Positions 53,500 through 63,511 are shown, counted from the first letter of the stretch. The stretch: DNA of 64,000 nt from Clostridiales bacterium (GCA_021205695.1 JAJPXB010000029.1:5582-69581); one strand, 5' to 3'. The notes: a model not told the origin generated them from the sequence alone. Numbers and translations: made by a program.

Positions 53500-56400
53500 G
53501 TATTCAGCTGACAGCCCAGCAGCAGGCGGCGGTGGACCATCGGGGCAGCGAGCTGCTGGTCTCCGCCGCCGCCGGTTCCGGCAAGACCAGGGTGCTGGTG
53601 GAGCGGCTGCTGGACCGGGTGGAGCAGGAGGGACTGGATGTAGACCGCTTCCTCATCATCACCTTCACCAAGGCGGCGGCCTCCGAGCTGCGGGGTAAAA
53701 TTTTGCAGGGCCTGAATGAGCGCCTGGCGGAGCATCCGGGAGACCGGCACCTCCGGCGGCAGCTCACCCTGGTCTATCAGGCCCAGATCTCTACCATCCA
53801 CGCCTACTGCACAGCCCTTCTGCGGGAGTTCGGCTATCTCCTGGATCTGGACCCGGACTTCCGGGTGGCCGAGGAGGGAGAGGCGGAAATCCTGCGCCGG
53901 GAGACGCTGGACCGTGTCATGGAGGCCCGATACGAGACGATACAGGAAGGGGACCGGTTTTCCCATCTGGTGGACACCATGTCCGCAGGCCGGGACGACC
54001 GACGGCTCAGGGAGATCGTCCTGGATATCCATGCCCGCGTCCAGGCCCACCCCCACCCGGAGCAATGGCTGAGAGAGCAGAGCGCCGCCTTCGATCTCTC
54101 CGGCGTCCGGGATGTGGGACAGACGGTGTGGGGCAGGCAGATCATGGAGCGGGCCGGTTCCATGGCCCGGTACTGGGACGGACGGATGCTCCAGGCACTG
54201 AACGCCATGATGGCTGACCCGGCGCTGGAGGCGGCCTATGCTCCCAGCTTCTGCGACACCATGGACAGCATCGAGGACTTTCTGAACGGTCTGGAGCGGG
54301 GCTGGGACAGCGCGTGCGCCCTGTGCGAGATACAGTTTCCCCCCTTGGGGAGAAGCCGAAAGATCCAGGACAAGCGGCTCCAGGAGGAGGTCAAGGGCGT
54401 TCGGGAGATCTGCAAGCGGCGGATGAAGGGGCTGAAAGACCTGTTTTTCGCCTCCAGCGACACCCTGTTGGAGGACATGGAGTCTGTCCGCCCGGCGGTG
54501 GAGGCGCTGTTTGACCTGGTGCTGGAGCTGGACGAGGCGTATACAAGGGCAAAGCGGAGCCGCCGGACGGTGGATTTTAATGACCTGGAGCATCTGACTC
54601 TGAAGCTGCTGCTGGACGAAAGGGAACAGCTCACCTCTCTGGCCGTACAGCTCCGGGGCCGATATGCCGAGGTGATGGTGGACGAGTATCAGGACACCAA
54701 CGCCGTCCAGAATGCCATCTTTGACGCCATCACCCGGGACGGGAGCAATCTGTTCCAGGTGGGAGACGTGAAGCAGTCCATCTACCGTTTCCGGCTGGCA
54801 GACCCCACCATCTTTCTGCACAAGTATCGCACCTTTCCCCAGACCGACCGGCCGGAGGAGGGAAAGCCACGGACAGTGGTGTTGAGCCAGAACTTCCGCT
54901 CCCGGGCCAGCGTGCTTGCTGGTGTGAACTTTGTCTTTGAAAACATTATGTCAACTGAATTTGGGGAGATGGACTACTCTCAGGACCAGCGGCTCAACCC
55001 CGGCTTTGCCTATCCGGAGCACCCGGACGACCGGGTGGAGCTGGACTGTGTAGACATCTCCGCCCTGGAGCGGGAGGCGGACAGCGCTGCCATCCCCAAG
55101 GACCAGGTGGAAGCGGACTTTGTGGCCCGGCGGGTGGAGGAGCTTTTGCACTCCGGATTCCCGGTGACGGGAGAGGACGGAGTGCTGCACCCCGTCCAGC
55201 CGGGGGACATTGCCGTGCTGTACCGCTCTCCCGGGGCGGTGATGGGCTATCTGACGCAGGCCATGGACCTGCGGAATATCCCCTGGCAGACTGAGGGGGC
55301 GGAGGATTATTTCCACACCACCGAGGTGAGCTGCGCAGTCTCCTTCCTGGAGATCATCGATAACCCCCGGCAGGATGTGCCTCTGTTGTCTGTACTTCGG
55401 TCGCCCATGTATGCCTTTTCCCCGGATCAGCTGGCGGCGCTGCGCCACGGCTGCCCCGACGGGGATCTGTACGCCTGTCTGGAGCAGGGGGCGGAGCGCG
55501 GGGACGAGCCCGCCAGAGCCTTTCTGGAGGAGCTGGACACCCTGCGCCTCCGGGCGGGAGACGTGACCTGTGCCCAGCTGCTGTGGCAGCTCTATGATGA
55601 GACAGGGATGCTGGCCCTCTTTGCGGCCATGGACGGCGGCCCCCGGCGGCGGGCGCACCTGCTGGCACTGTACGACTGCGCCCGCACCTTTGGTCAGCCG
55701 GGACGGCAGGGGCTGTTCGACTTTGTCACCTGGCTCCGGCGGCTGGAGGAGCAGGGGGGACGGTTCCCTGCCCTGGGCAAGACCGCCGGGAACGGCGTGC
55801 GTATCATGTCCATCCACCGCTCCAAGGGCCTGGAGTTCCCTGTGGTGATCCTGGCGGGGCTGAACCGGACGATCAACCGGACGGACGAGCGCGCCCCTGT
55901 CCTGTTTCACCCCAAGCTGGGGGTAGGGCCGAAGGGGGTGGACGCAGACCTTCGGGTGGAGTACCCCACTTTGGCCCGAAAGGCGGTGCAGCTCAAGCTG
56001 GAGGAGGAGACGAAGGCGGAGGAGCTGCGGCTGCTCTACGTCGCCATGACCCGGGCGAGGGAAAAGCTCATCATGACCTGCTCCATGGCAAACGCCTGGA
56101 AGGAGCTGGGCAACCTGCTCCCGGAGGCAGGGCCGCACCCCGACCCCCAGGCGCTGCAGGAGAAGGACAGCGTGGCCAAGTGGCTGCTGCTGCCGGTGCT
56201 GGCCCGGACGGACGCCCAGGCCCTCCGGCTGGGGGGCAGCGTGTCAAATCCCATCTCCGCCTCCGACTGGGACATCCGGCTGGTGCCGGGGGAGACGCCC
56301 CTGGCTCTGGGGGGACGGCAGACCGCCTCCCACCGGGCGGAGGATACGGCGGCGGCGGGGGAGCTCGACCTCTCCCTGCTGGACTGGCGGTATCCCTGGG

Positions 56401-57056
56401 CGGCCCTCTCCGACCTGCCCAGCAAGGTGACGGCCACCCAGCTCAAGGGCCGACCGCTGGACGAGGAGGTGGCCCAGGAGACCCGGCAGCCCCCTGCCAT
56501 TCCCGACTTTCCCCGTCCCCGGTTCCGGCAGGAGACGGCGGGCCTGACTCCCGCGCAGCGGGGGACGGTACTCCACACTGTCATGGAGCTGATCCGCCTG
56601 GATCGAGCGGACAGCACAGAGGGCGTCCGGGAGGAGCTGGAACGGCTGGTGGCCGGGAAATGGCTGACCCGGGCTGAGGCGGATAGCGTGGAGCCGTCCA
56701 TGGTGGCGGGCTTCTTCGCCTCCGACCTGGGCCGGGCGGCGGCCGCCGCCCCAGACCTCCGGCGGGAGTTCAAATTCTCCCTCTTTGCTCCGGCGGAACG
56801 GTTCTTCCCCCAGGCCCCGGCGGGAGAGCAGGTGATGCTCCAGGGGGTGGTGGACTGCTGCTTCACCGGGCCGGAGGGCCTGACGGTGGTAGACTTCAAG
56901 ACCGACCATGTGCGCCCCTCGGAGCTGCAGACCCACAGCGAGGGCTATCGGGGCCAGCTGGAGGGCTATGCCTGGGCTCTGGAGCGGATCCTGGGCCGCC
57001 CGGTGGTACGGCGGGTGCTGTGGTATTTCCGCCTGGGTCGGGGCTGGGAGCTGTGA
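53496..57056 (+). CDS. addA: Helicase-exonuclease AddAB, subunit AddA
   Basis: 1186 aa with a GTG start. UvrD-type motifs AAAGSGKT and VDEYQDTN are present. The C-terminus has a RecB-type nuclease (GVVDCCF...VVDFKTD). Confidence 0.93.
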   Translation: MSIQLTAQQQAAVDHRGSELLVSAAAGSGKTRVLVERLLDRVEQEGLDVDRFLIITFTKAAASELRGKILQGLNERLAEHPGDRHLRRQLTLVYQAQISTIHAYCTALLREFGYLLDLDPDFRVAEEGEAEILRRETLDRVMEARYETIQEGDRFSHLVDTMSAGRDDRRLREIVLDIHARVQAHPHPEQWLREQSAAFDLSGVRDVGQTVWGRQIMERAGSMARYWDGRMLQALNAMMADPALEAAYAPSFCDTMDSIEDFLNGLERGWDSACALCEIQFPPLGRSRKIQDKRLQEEVKGVREICKRRMKGLKDLFFASSDTLLEDMESVRPAVEALFDLVLELDEAYTRAKRSRRTVDFNDLEHLTLKLLLDEREQLTSLAVQLRGRYAEVMVDEYQDTNAVQNAIFDAITRDGSNLFQVGDVKQSIYRFRLADPTIFLHKYRTFPQTDRPEEGKPRTVVLSQNFRSRASVLAGVNFVFENIMSTEFGEMDYSQDQRLNPGFAYPEHPDDRVELDCVDISALEREADSAAIPKDQVEADFVARRVEELLHSGFPVTGEDGVLHPVQPGDIAVLYRSPGAVMGYLTQAMDLRNIPWQTEGAEDYFHTTEVSCAVSFLEIIDNPRQDVPLLSVLRSPMYAFSPDQLAALRHGCPDGDLYACLEQGAERGDEPARAFLEELDTLRLRAGDVTCAQLLWQLYDETGMLALFAAMDGGPRRRAHLLALYDCARTFGQPGRQGLFDFVTWLRRLEEQGGRFPALGKTAGNGVRIMSIHRSKGLEFPVVILAGLNRTINRTDERAPVLFHPKLGVGPKGVDADLRVEYPTLARKAVQLKLEEETKAEELRLLYVAMTRAREKLIMTCSMANAWKELGNLLPEAGPHPDPQALQEKDSVAKWLLLPVLARTDAQALRLGGSVSNPISASDWDIRLVPGETPLALGGRQTASHRAEDTAAAGELDLSLLDWRYPWAALSDLPSKVTATQLKGRPLDEEVAQETRQPPAIPDFPRPRFRQETAGLTPAQRGTVLHTVMELIRLDRADSTEGVREELERLVAGKWLTRAEADSVEPSMVAGFFASDLGRAAAAAPDLRREFKFSLFAPAERFFPQAPAGEQVMLQGVVDCCFTGPEGLTVVDFKTDHVRPSELQTHSEGYRGQLEGYAWALERILGRPVVRRVLWYFRLGRGWEL

Positions 57057-57194
57057 CCGGCGGCAGAAAATTTTGAAAAAAGCGGGAAAAAGAGTTGCAA
57101 TTTCCGGGGGAGTGTGGTATCATAATTTCCGCTCTGTGAGAAAAAAGCAATTCTCATGTATGTATAATGTCGAACATCGAAAGAGGTGAACATC

Positions 57195-57395
57195 ATGAAG
57201 GCAGGAATTCATCCTGATTATCAGCAGACCACCATCCGTTGCGCTTGTGGTGCGGTCTATCCTACCGGCTCCACCAAGAAGGACATCCGTGTGGAAGTTT
57301 GCGCCAAGTGTCACCCCTTTTTCACTGGCAAGCAGAAAATGGTGGATACTGGCGGTCGTGTGAGCCGCTTCAACAAGAAGTATGGGCTCAAGTAA
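57195..57395 (+). CDS. rpmE: 50S ribosomal protein L31 (Zn-binding type)
   Basis: [19 protein letters not shown]...[13 protein letters not shown]. The RBS is AAGAGGTG. 66 aa. Confidence 0.95.
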   Translation: MKAGIHPDYQQTTIRCACGAVYPTGSTKKDIRVEVCAKCHPFFTGKQKMVDTGGRVSRFNKKYGLK

Positions 57396-57405
57396 GCTGG
57401 ACGAT

Positions 57406-57439
57406 AACCCGCATCGGATTCCGGTGCGGGTTTTTGTTT
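57406..57439 (+). terminator. Intrinsic terminator of rpmE
   Basis: The stem AACCCGCATCGG/CCGGTGCGGGTT is followed by TTTTTGTTTG, starting 11 nt after the stop. Confidence 0.8.
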
Positions 57440-57531
57440 GGCGTTTTTGGAGGTGCTGCTGCCCCTCACAGGTTACATCCAGGCCCATCTGTGCTATAAT
57501 ATAACAGACCAAAATTCAGGAGGTTATCGCC

Positions 57532-58038
57532 ATGTTACGGAAAATCGACGTAGAGCAGCTGAATCAGAATGTGTTCCGGGCCATCGGCAGACAGTGGATG
57601 CTGGTCACTGCCGGAAATCGGGAAAAGTGCAACACCATGACCGCCAGCTGGGGCGGACTGGGCGTGCTGTGGGGCAATCCGGCGGCCACCGCCTATATCC
57701 GGCCCCAGCGGTACACCCACGAATTTCTCGACCGGGAGGGGTTCTTCACCCTCTCCTTCCTGCCGGAGGACTACCGGAAGGCCCTGGGCTACTGCGGCAG
57801 CCACTCCGGGCGGGATGAGGACAAATGGGCGGCCAGCGGTCTGACTCCCGCCTTCACCGAGGGCGGCGTCCCCTATGTGGCCCAGGCGGAGCTGGTGCTG
57901 GTGGTGAAAAAGCAGTTCTGCCAGCCCATGGACCCGGACTGCATCCTGGACGGGACGGTCCTGGAGCGGTGCTATCCGGAGCGGGATTTTCACGACATCT
58001 ATATCGGCCAGATCGTAGAGGCCTACGGGGCAGAGTGA
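57532..58038 (+). CDS. Flavin reductase family protein
   Basis: 168 aa. WMLVTAGNREKCNTMTASWGGLG is typical of the flavin-reductase-like FMN-binding fold. Confidence 0.8.
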   Translation: MLRKIDVEQLNQNVFRAIGRQWMLVTAGNREKCNTMTASWGGLGVLWGNPAATAYIRPQRYTHEFLDREGFFTLSFLPEDYRKALGYCGSHSGRDEDKWAASGLTPAFTEGGVPYVAQAELVLVVKKQFCQPMDPDCILDGTVLERCYPERDFHDIYIGQIVEAYGAE

Positions 58039-58092
58039 TGCCCTTGAACGGTCGGCCCTGACCGGGGAGAAACACGACACACGGAGGAACGC

Positions 58093-59406
58093 ATGACGGA
58101 ATTTGACAGCATCAAAGAGGGCGAGATCAACCGAGCCATTCTGGTGGGCCTGAACGCCACCCGGCAGAGCGTGGGAGAGACGGTCACCGAGGAGAGCATG
58201 GCGGAGCTGGAGGCCCTGCTGGAGACGGCAGGAGGCACCTGTGTGGGCACCATGCTTCAAAACCGGGAGACGCCCGACCCCGGGAGCTTTCTGGGAGAGG
58301 GCAAGGCCCTGGAGCTGAAGGAGCTGGTTCAGACCCTGGAGGCCGACCTGGTCATCTTCGACAACGCCCTCTCTCCCACCCAGGTTCGGGTGCTCACCGA
58401 GCTGGTGGGCGTGCAGGTCATGGATCGGGCGGGGCTGATCCTGGACATATTCGCCAAGCGGGCCAGGACAAAGGAGGGCCGGCTCCAGGTGGAGCTGGCC
58501 CAGTACAAGTATATCCTCCCCCGGCTGACGGGCATGTGGGGCCACCTGGTTCGGCAGACCGCCTCCGGCGGCAAGTCCCCCATCGGCACCCGCGGCCCCG
58601 GCGAGACGCAGCTGGAGACTGACCGGCGGCACATCCGGCGGAAGATCACCCGTCTGGAGGAGGATTTGAAGGAAGTCCGTCGGGTGCGGGCCGTCCAGCG
58701 GGAGCGGCGGGAGAAAAACGAGGTGCCGGTGGTGGCCATTGTGGGCTACACCAATGCGGGAAAATCCACCCTGCTGAACGCCCTGACTGACGCAGGCATC
58801 CCCGCCAACGACCGGCTGTTCGACACCCTGGACACCACCACCCGGACGCTGGAGATCTCCGACACCCTGACGGTGCTGCTCTCGGACACGGTGGGCTTTA
58901 TCCACAAGCTGCCCCACACTCTGGTGGAGGCGTTCCAGGCCACCCTGGAGGAGCTGACCTACGCCGACCTGCTGCTCCACGTCATCGACGCCTCCCGGGA
59001 GGACTGGCGTGACCAGGCTGAGGTGGTGGAGGCTCTGGTGCGAGAGCTGGGGGCAGAGCAGACGCCCCGGCTGGACGTGTTCAACAAGTGCGACCTGTGC
59101 CCGGAGGAGATCCTGCCCCATGGGGAGAATATCGTCTGCATCTCCGCCAAGACCGGGGAGGGCCTGGATGAACTGCTCGCCGCCATCGGCAAACGGCTGG
59201 ACAGCGGCGTGCGGCGAGTGGAGCTCCGGCTGCCCTATGACAGAGGAAACGTGCTCGATCTGCTCTACCGGGAGGCGGCTGTGGACAGCGTGGAGTACGC
59301 CGAGACCATCCAGGTCACAGCCCGGTGCAACCCCAGGGTGCTGGGACAGGTGCGGGAATATGTCTGGCCGCCCCTCCCCCAAAAGACCGGGGACCGGGAG
59401 GCGTGA
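58093..59406 (+). CDS. hflX: GTPase HflX
   Basis: 437 aa. An HflX N-domain is followed by G1 GYTNAGKSTL, G3 DTVGF and G4 NKCD. Confidence 0.93.
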   Translation: MTEFDSIKEGEINRAILVGLNATRQSVGETVTEESMAELEALLETAGGTCVGTMLQNRETPDPGSFLGEGKALELKELVQTLEADLVIFDNALSPTQVRVLTELVGVQVMDRAGLILDIFAKRARTKEGRLQVELAQYKYILPRLTGMWGHLVRQTASGGKSPIGTRGPGETQLETDRRHIRRKITRLEEDLKEVRRVRAVQRERREKNEVPVVAIVGYTNAGKSTLLNALTDAGIPANDRLFDTLDTTTRTLEISDTLTVLLSDTVGFIHKLPHTLVEAFQATLEELTYADLLLHVIDASREDWRDQAEVVEALVRELGAEQTPRLDVFNKCDLCPEEILPHGENIVCISAKTGEGLDELLAAIGKRLDSGVRRVELRLPYDRGNVLDLLYREAAVDSVEYAETIQVTARCNPRVLGQVREYVWPPLPQKTGDREA

Positions 59407-59408
59407 CC

Positions 59409-60053
59409 ATGGAGGAATACTATATCCCCACCGGGCGGGGGGAGACGGAATTCACCGAAAAGCGCTCCCGGTTCCTGGGGCACCTGGCCCATGTGACCAG
59501 CGAGGAGGAGGCCCGGGCCTTTGTCCAGCAGATGAGGAAGCAGTACCATGACGCGCGACATAATTGCTGGTGTTATGTCATCCAAAGGGGCGGCGTCGTC
59601 CGCTACTCCGACGACGGGGAGCCCCAGGGCACAGCGGGACAGCCCATGCTGGGGGTGCTGCAAAAGGAGGGCGTCACCGACGCGGTCTGCGTGGTGACCC
59701 GGTACTTCGGCGGGGTGCTGCTGGGAGCCGGAGGGCTGCTTCGGGCCTATACCCGATCGGCGAAGGACGCGCTGGATGCAGCCGGGATCTCCGCCGTGCG
59801 CCGGTGGGTGGAGTTCTCCATTCCCTGCGGCTACCGGTGGCTGAGCCGGGTGCAGCTGGAGGTGGAGAGCCGCCAGGGCGTGGTGCTGAATACGGAGTAC
59901 GGCGCAGAGGTGACGGTGAGGGCGCTGCTCCCGGAGGAGCGGGCGGAGACGTTTTCCGCTCAGCTGCTCGATCTGACGGCGGGCGGCGTCCGGGCACAGG
60001 TCACTGGCGAGGCGTTGAAAGCCGTGCCGGTGGGGAGAGCGGGGAGAAGGTAG
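59409..60053 (+). CDS. yigZ: YigZ / IMPACT-family protein
   Basis: The start is ATG 59409 (MEEYYIPTGRGETEFTEKRSRFLGHL); the track ORF is over-extended. Motifs HNCWCY and DDGEPQGTAG are present. Confidence 0.85.
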   Translation: MEEYYIPTGRGETEFTEKRSRFLGHLAHVTSEEEARAFVQQMRKQYHDARHNCWCYVIQRGGVVRYSDDGEPQGTAGQPMLGVLQKEGVTDAVCVVTRYFGGVLLGAGGLLRAYTRSAKDALDAAGISAVRRWVEFSIPCGYRWLSRVQLEVESRQGVVLNTEYGAEVTVRALLPEERAETFSAQLLDLTAGGVRAQVTGEALKAVPVGRAGRR

Positions 60054-60095
60054 GCCGGACCGCCGCAACGACGGACAGAAGAAACGAGGTATCTC

Positions 60096-60527
60096 ATGGA
60101 GATCAGACCCTATTTTCACGATGCAAAATATTATGAGACAGATCAGATGGCCGTGGTTCACCACTCCAACTATATCCGCTGGTTCGAGGAGGCCCGGATC
60201 GACTGGCTGGAGCAGCTGGGTATCCCGTACGACGCCATGGAGGCACGGGGAATCATTATCCCGGTGATCGGAGTGACGGCGGAGTACAAGACCATGACCC
60301 GGTTCAAGGAACGGGTGCGCATCGAGTCCCGGCTGGAGGCCTACAACAGCGTCCGCTTCACCGTCAGCTATCGGGTGTACAGCGACGCCACCGATGAGCT
60401 GCGCTGCACTGGCACCAGCAGCCACTGCTTCGTGAACCGGGATTATACGCCCGTTATCCTGCGGAAAGCGGCCCCGGATTACGACGCCATCTTCCGCGAG
60501 GCGCTGGCTGCCCGGGAGAGCGAGTGA
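60096..60527 (+). CDS. Acyl-CoA thioesterase (4HBT/YbgC-like hotdog fold)
   Basis: 143 aa with motif YYETDQMAVVHHSNYIRWFEEAR. Confidence 0.85.
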   Translation: MEIRPYFHDAKYYETDQMAVVHHSNYIRWFEEARIDWLEQLGIPYDAMEARGIIIPVIGVTAEYKTMTRFKERVRIESRLEAYNSVRFTVSYRVYSDATDELRCTGTSSHCFVNRDYTPVILRKAAPDYDAIFREALAARESE

Positions 60528-60539
60528 GCGAAACGAACC

Positions 60540-60577
60540 GCGGCCCCTGTGGAGCTTGTACGCTCTACAGGGGCCGC
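60540..60577. terminator. Hairpin between convergent genes
   Basis: 11-bp stem GCGGCCCCTGT/ACAGGGGCCGC with a 16-nt loop, followed by TTTCTG on the plus strand. It lies between the thioesterase stop (60527) and the permease stop (60605). Confidence 0.6.
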
Positions 60578-60604
60578 TTTCTGTCTGGTTGGAGAGGTAA
60601 GGAT

Positions 60605-62053
60605 TTACGGCTCGATCTGATCCACATCCTTGGGCAGCGCCAGGTTCAGGATGACAGCCACCAGGAAGGCGGGGACAATGCCGCTCTCGCCGAACAGGTT
60701 GGTGATGAAGTCAGGCATGAACTGGAGGGCGGTGCTGTGAGAGCCGAGACCGTAGCCCAGGCCCAGGGCGATGGCCACGATGGTGGTGTTCCGGCCGGTG
60801 AGCGGCTCCTTGGTGATCAGGTTGATGCCGGAGATGACGATAGTGGCGAACATCATGACGGCGGCGCCGCCCAGAACGCTCTGGGGCATGATGGAGATGA
60901 TAGCGCCCACCTTGGGGAACAGGCCGCAAATCACCAGGAAGATGGCTCCACAGGCGACGGCGAACCGGTTGACTACCTTGGTGATGCCCACCAGACCCAC
61001 GTTCTGAGAGAAGGAGGTGTTGGGCAGGACGCCGAACAGGGAGGCAAAGGAGGAGCCGATGCCGTCGCAGAGGACGGAGCCGGTCAGCTCTTTGTCGCTG
61101 GGCTCCCGGCCCAGACCGCCCTCGGTGACGCCGGCAGTGTCGCCTACCGTCTCCACGGCGGTGACGATGAACATGACCAGCATGGGCAGGATGGCGGACA
61201 GGTTAAACTGATAGGCCACAGGCATGAGGCTGGGGAGAGAGAACCAGGCGGCATCCGCTACCTCGCTCCACTGGACCACCCAGGAGTAGGTGTACTCCAC
61301 GCCGTCCACCACATAGGTGGTGGGAAGGATGAAGCCCATCACGGTGGCCACGACATATCCGGCGATGATGCCGATGAGGATAGCCATCTGGGAGAGGAAA
61401 CCCTTGCCAAAGTGCTTCACGCAGATGATGACGGCCAGGACGAAAAGCCCCAGCAGCAGGTTGGTGGTGGAGCCGAAGTCCTCATTGGAGTTGCCGCCGC
61501 CGAAGAAGTTGATGCCCACGCTCAGCAGGCTCAGGCCAATGGCCATGACCACCGTTCCGGTGACGACCGGGGGAAGGAATTTGCGCAGAGGCTTAATGCA
61601 CAGGCCCAGAGCGCCCTCCCAGAAACCGCCGATGAGGCAGGCGCCCATAATGGCGCCGTAGGCGTAGATGCCCGCCTCCACGCTGGTGGAAATGGTCCCG
61701 GCGGCCACGCCGGCCATCATGCTGGCGGCGATGCTGTTATTCATGCCGATAAAGCCGGAGCTGGTGCCCATGACGATGGGGAGCCGGGAGCCCACAGGCC
61801 CGATGGGGAACAGCTGTACCAGGGTGACCAGACCGGCTACCAGCATGGCGTTCTGGAGCAGGGAGATACGGAGGGCCGCATAGTCCTGAAGGGTGATGCC
61901 GCAGATGGCCATGACAGACAGCAGGGGGGTCAGGTTGCCCACGAACATTGCCAGGACGTGCTGCAGACCCAGAGGAATCGCCTGCCGCAGAGGCAGACGG
62001 CCGTCAAGGTCATATGGGGTGGAATAGACAGTGGTTTTCTTCTCTTTTGCCAT
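60605..62053 (-). CDS. Nucleobase:cation symporter-2 (NCS2) family permease (uracil/xanthine type)
   Basis: The start is ATG 62053 (MAKEKKTTVY...) after GAAGGAG; the track ORF is over-extended. 482 aa, polytopic, with QHVLAMFVGNLTP. The substrate cannot be assigned from the sequence. Confidence 0.88.
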   Translation of the reverse strand: MAKEKKTTVYSTPYDLDGRLPLRQAIPLGLQHVLAMFVGNLTPLLSVMAICGITLQDYAALRISLLQNAMLVAGLVTLVQLFPIGPVGSRLPIVMGTSSGFIGMNNSIAASMMAGVAAGTISTSVEAGIYAYGAIMGACLIGGFWEGALGLCIKPLRKFLPPVVTGTVVMAIGLSLLSVGINFFGGGNSNEDFGSTTNLLLGLFVLAVIICVKHFGKGFLSQMAILIGIIAGYVVATVMGFILPTTYVVDGVEYTYSWVVQWSEVADAAWFSLPSLMPVAYQFNLSAILPMLVMFIVTAVETVGDTAGVTEGGLGREPSDKELTGSVLCDGIGSSFASLFGVLPNTSFSQNVGLVGITKVVNRFAVACGAIFLVICGLFPKVGAIISIMPQSVLGGAAVMMFATIVISGINLITKEPLTGRNTTIVAIALGLGYGLGSHSTALQFMPDFITNLFGESGIVPAFLVAVILNLALPKDVDQIEP

Positions 62054-62120
62054 GATCGCTCCTTCTTTCTCAGTGGGGGTACAATGTACACAGTGGAAGC
62101 GTCCCGGTGAGACGTACAGA

Positions 62121-62164
62121 AACAAAAAGGAGGCATGATCGGGAATTTTTCCTTTTCATGCCTC
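62121..62164 (-). promoter_or_regulatory. Terminator-like hairpin inside the NCS2 permease leader (possible attenuator)
   Basis: The minus-strand 9-bp stem GAGGCATGA/TCATGCCTC has a 17-nt loop and is followed by CTTTTTGTTT. It lies between the promoter and the ATG. Confidence 0.45.
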
Positions 62165-62199
62165 GCTGCATCGTCTGTGTTTTTTCTCTCACCGCTGTC

Positions 62200-62228
62200 A
62201 TTATAGCAGTCTGAAAAAGGAAAGTCAA
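62200..62228 (-). promoter_or_regulatory. Consensus-like sigma-70 promoter of the NCS2 permease
   Basis: On the minus strand, TTGACT (62228-62223), a 17-nt spacer, then TATAAT (62205-62200). This predicts a leader of about 140 nt. Confidence 0.6.
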
Positions 62229-62401
62229 TCGGGGAGAGAAGAAAAGGAACAGTAACCAGGCAGGCCCCTTGCCGCCGCCCTTTATATGAGCTCTGCCGGG
62301 CGTATGCTCCGGAACCCCTTCGTCAGCGCCGACGGGAGCCGCACGGCCATGACGCTGCCATAATGGGAAAAAGCTGCTGTCCTGTCTGCTTGGAGGAGAT
62401 C

Positions 62402-63298
62402 TCAGGGAAAGGAAACCCCCGCGTACTGGGCTTGGATATACCGCAAAAACTGCTCCGCTGCGTGAGAGAGCTTGCGGCCCTTCTCCCAGATGAGAACATA
62501 AGAGGCGGTCACAGACGGATTGACCAATCGCTTGATGCACACGGAGGCGTCCGTCCCGATGTTGGCGGAGGCGGGATAGAGGGTAATGCCCACGTTCTGC
62601 CGGGTCAGCTCATAGGCGTTGAGCATATGGGACATCCGGCACCGGATCTTCAGCTCCTTTTCCGGAGAGGAGGACCAGCCTGCGATCTCCTGCAGCCGGG
62701 ATTCCCGGGACGGGATGATCAGGTCGTACTCCGTGACCCGCTGGAAGTCCACCGTGTCCCCGGGCTCCCTGGCCAGAGGACAGGCGTCCGGAATCATGGC
62801 GATCCACGGCTCTGCGTAGACGGGAACGGAGTAGACTCCCTCTGCGTTGTGCGGCTCCATGATGATGGCCAGCTCGCAAAGCCCCTTCATCAGCCGGTTG
62901 AGCACGTCGTCTGAGTTGCCGTTCCACAGGTTATAGGTGACATGGGGGTTTTCCCTTTGAAAGCCCGCGATCCACTGGGAGAACAGCTTGGGGGCGTGGC
63001 CCTCCACCGAGGCCAGGTAGATAACGCCGTGAAGACCGGTCTGCATCTCCCTGACGTCCTCCTCGGACCGCCGCACCAGATCCAGCACCCGGACGGCGTA
63101 TTGCCGGAACACCTGCCCCTCGTCGGTCAGCTGGAGAGCGTGGGGCTTGCGGAGAAACAGCTGCACCCCCAGCTCCTCCTCCAGATCCCTGATTTGACGG
63201 CTCAGCGGCGGCTGAGCGATGCACAGCTTTTCTGCAGCCCTGGTAAAGCTCATCTCCTCCGCTACGGCCAGAAAATAGCGAATGTGTCGAAGCTCCAT
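62402..63298 (-). CDS. LysR-family transcriptional regulator
   Basis: 298 aa. The N-terminal HTH reads MELRHIRYFLAVAEEMSFTRAAEKLCIAQPPLSRQIRDLEEELG. A LysR substrate-binding domain follows. Confidence 0.92.
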   Translation of the reverse strand: MELRHIRYFLAVAEEMSFTRAAEKLCIAQPPLSRQIRDLEEELGVQLFLRKPHALQLTDEGQVFRQYAVRVLDLVRRSEEDVREMQTGLHGVIYLASVEGHAPKLFSQWIAGFQRENPHVTYNLWNGNSDDVLNRLMKGLCELAIIMEPHNAEGVYSVPVYAEPWIAMIPDACPLAREPGDTVDFQRVTEYDLIIPSRESRLQEIAGWSSSPEKELKIRCRMSHMLNAYELTRQNVGITLYPASANIGTDASVCIKRLVNPSVTASYVLIWEKGRKLSHAAEQFLRYIQAQYAGVSFP

Positions 63299-63353
63299 GA
63301 TATCCCTCCTGTGCTATACTCAAAAGGTATGAAGACACGCTTATTATATGTAT

Positions 63354-63382
63354 TTTACAAGTCTGTGTCAAGGCATTATAAT
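63354..63382 (+). promoter_or_regulatory. Sigma-70-type promoter divergent from the LysR gene
   Basis: TTTACA (63354-63359), a 17-nt spacer, then TATAAT (63377-63382). Confidence 0.5.
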
Positions 63383-63433
63383 ACAATCATCAAAAGAAAC
63401 AAACCCCGACCTGCATCAAAGGAGGCAATTATC

Positions 63434-63511
63434 ATGAAGAAGATCCTTACAGCCATAAGAGAGTTCCTGGAACAGTATTATGCCAGCTTCGCCGTCATCG
63501 GCACAAGGTGA
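63434..63511 (+). CDS. Candidate 25-aa small ORF (MKKILTAIREFLEQYYASFAVIGTR)
   Basis: AAAGGAGG lies 8 nt upstream of the ATG, a promoter lies about 50 nt upstream, and a hairpin lies about 70 nt downstream. I recognise no family. It may be a leader peptide or non-coding. Confidence 0.35.
   Translation: MKKILTAIREFLEQYYASFAVIGTR

Noticed and set aside
57095-57168. Promoter of rpmE
   Set aside because: There are two competing candidates: TTGCAA-17-TATCAT at 57095-57123, and a TATAAT at 57163-57168 with no -35 element. I could not choose between them from the sequence, so neither was listed as a feature.
62054-62360. Purine (guanine/adenine) riboswitch or PyrR attenuator upstream of the NCS2 permease
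   Set aside because: The conserved purine-riboswitch loops and junction (UAUAAUCGCG...CCGUAAAU...ACUAUG-type) and the PyrR loop (ARUCCAGAGAGGYU) are not recognisable. I report it only as an unclassified structured leader.
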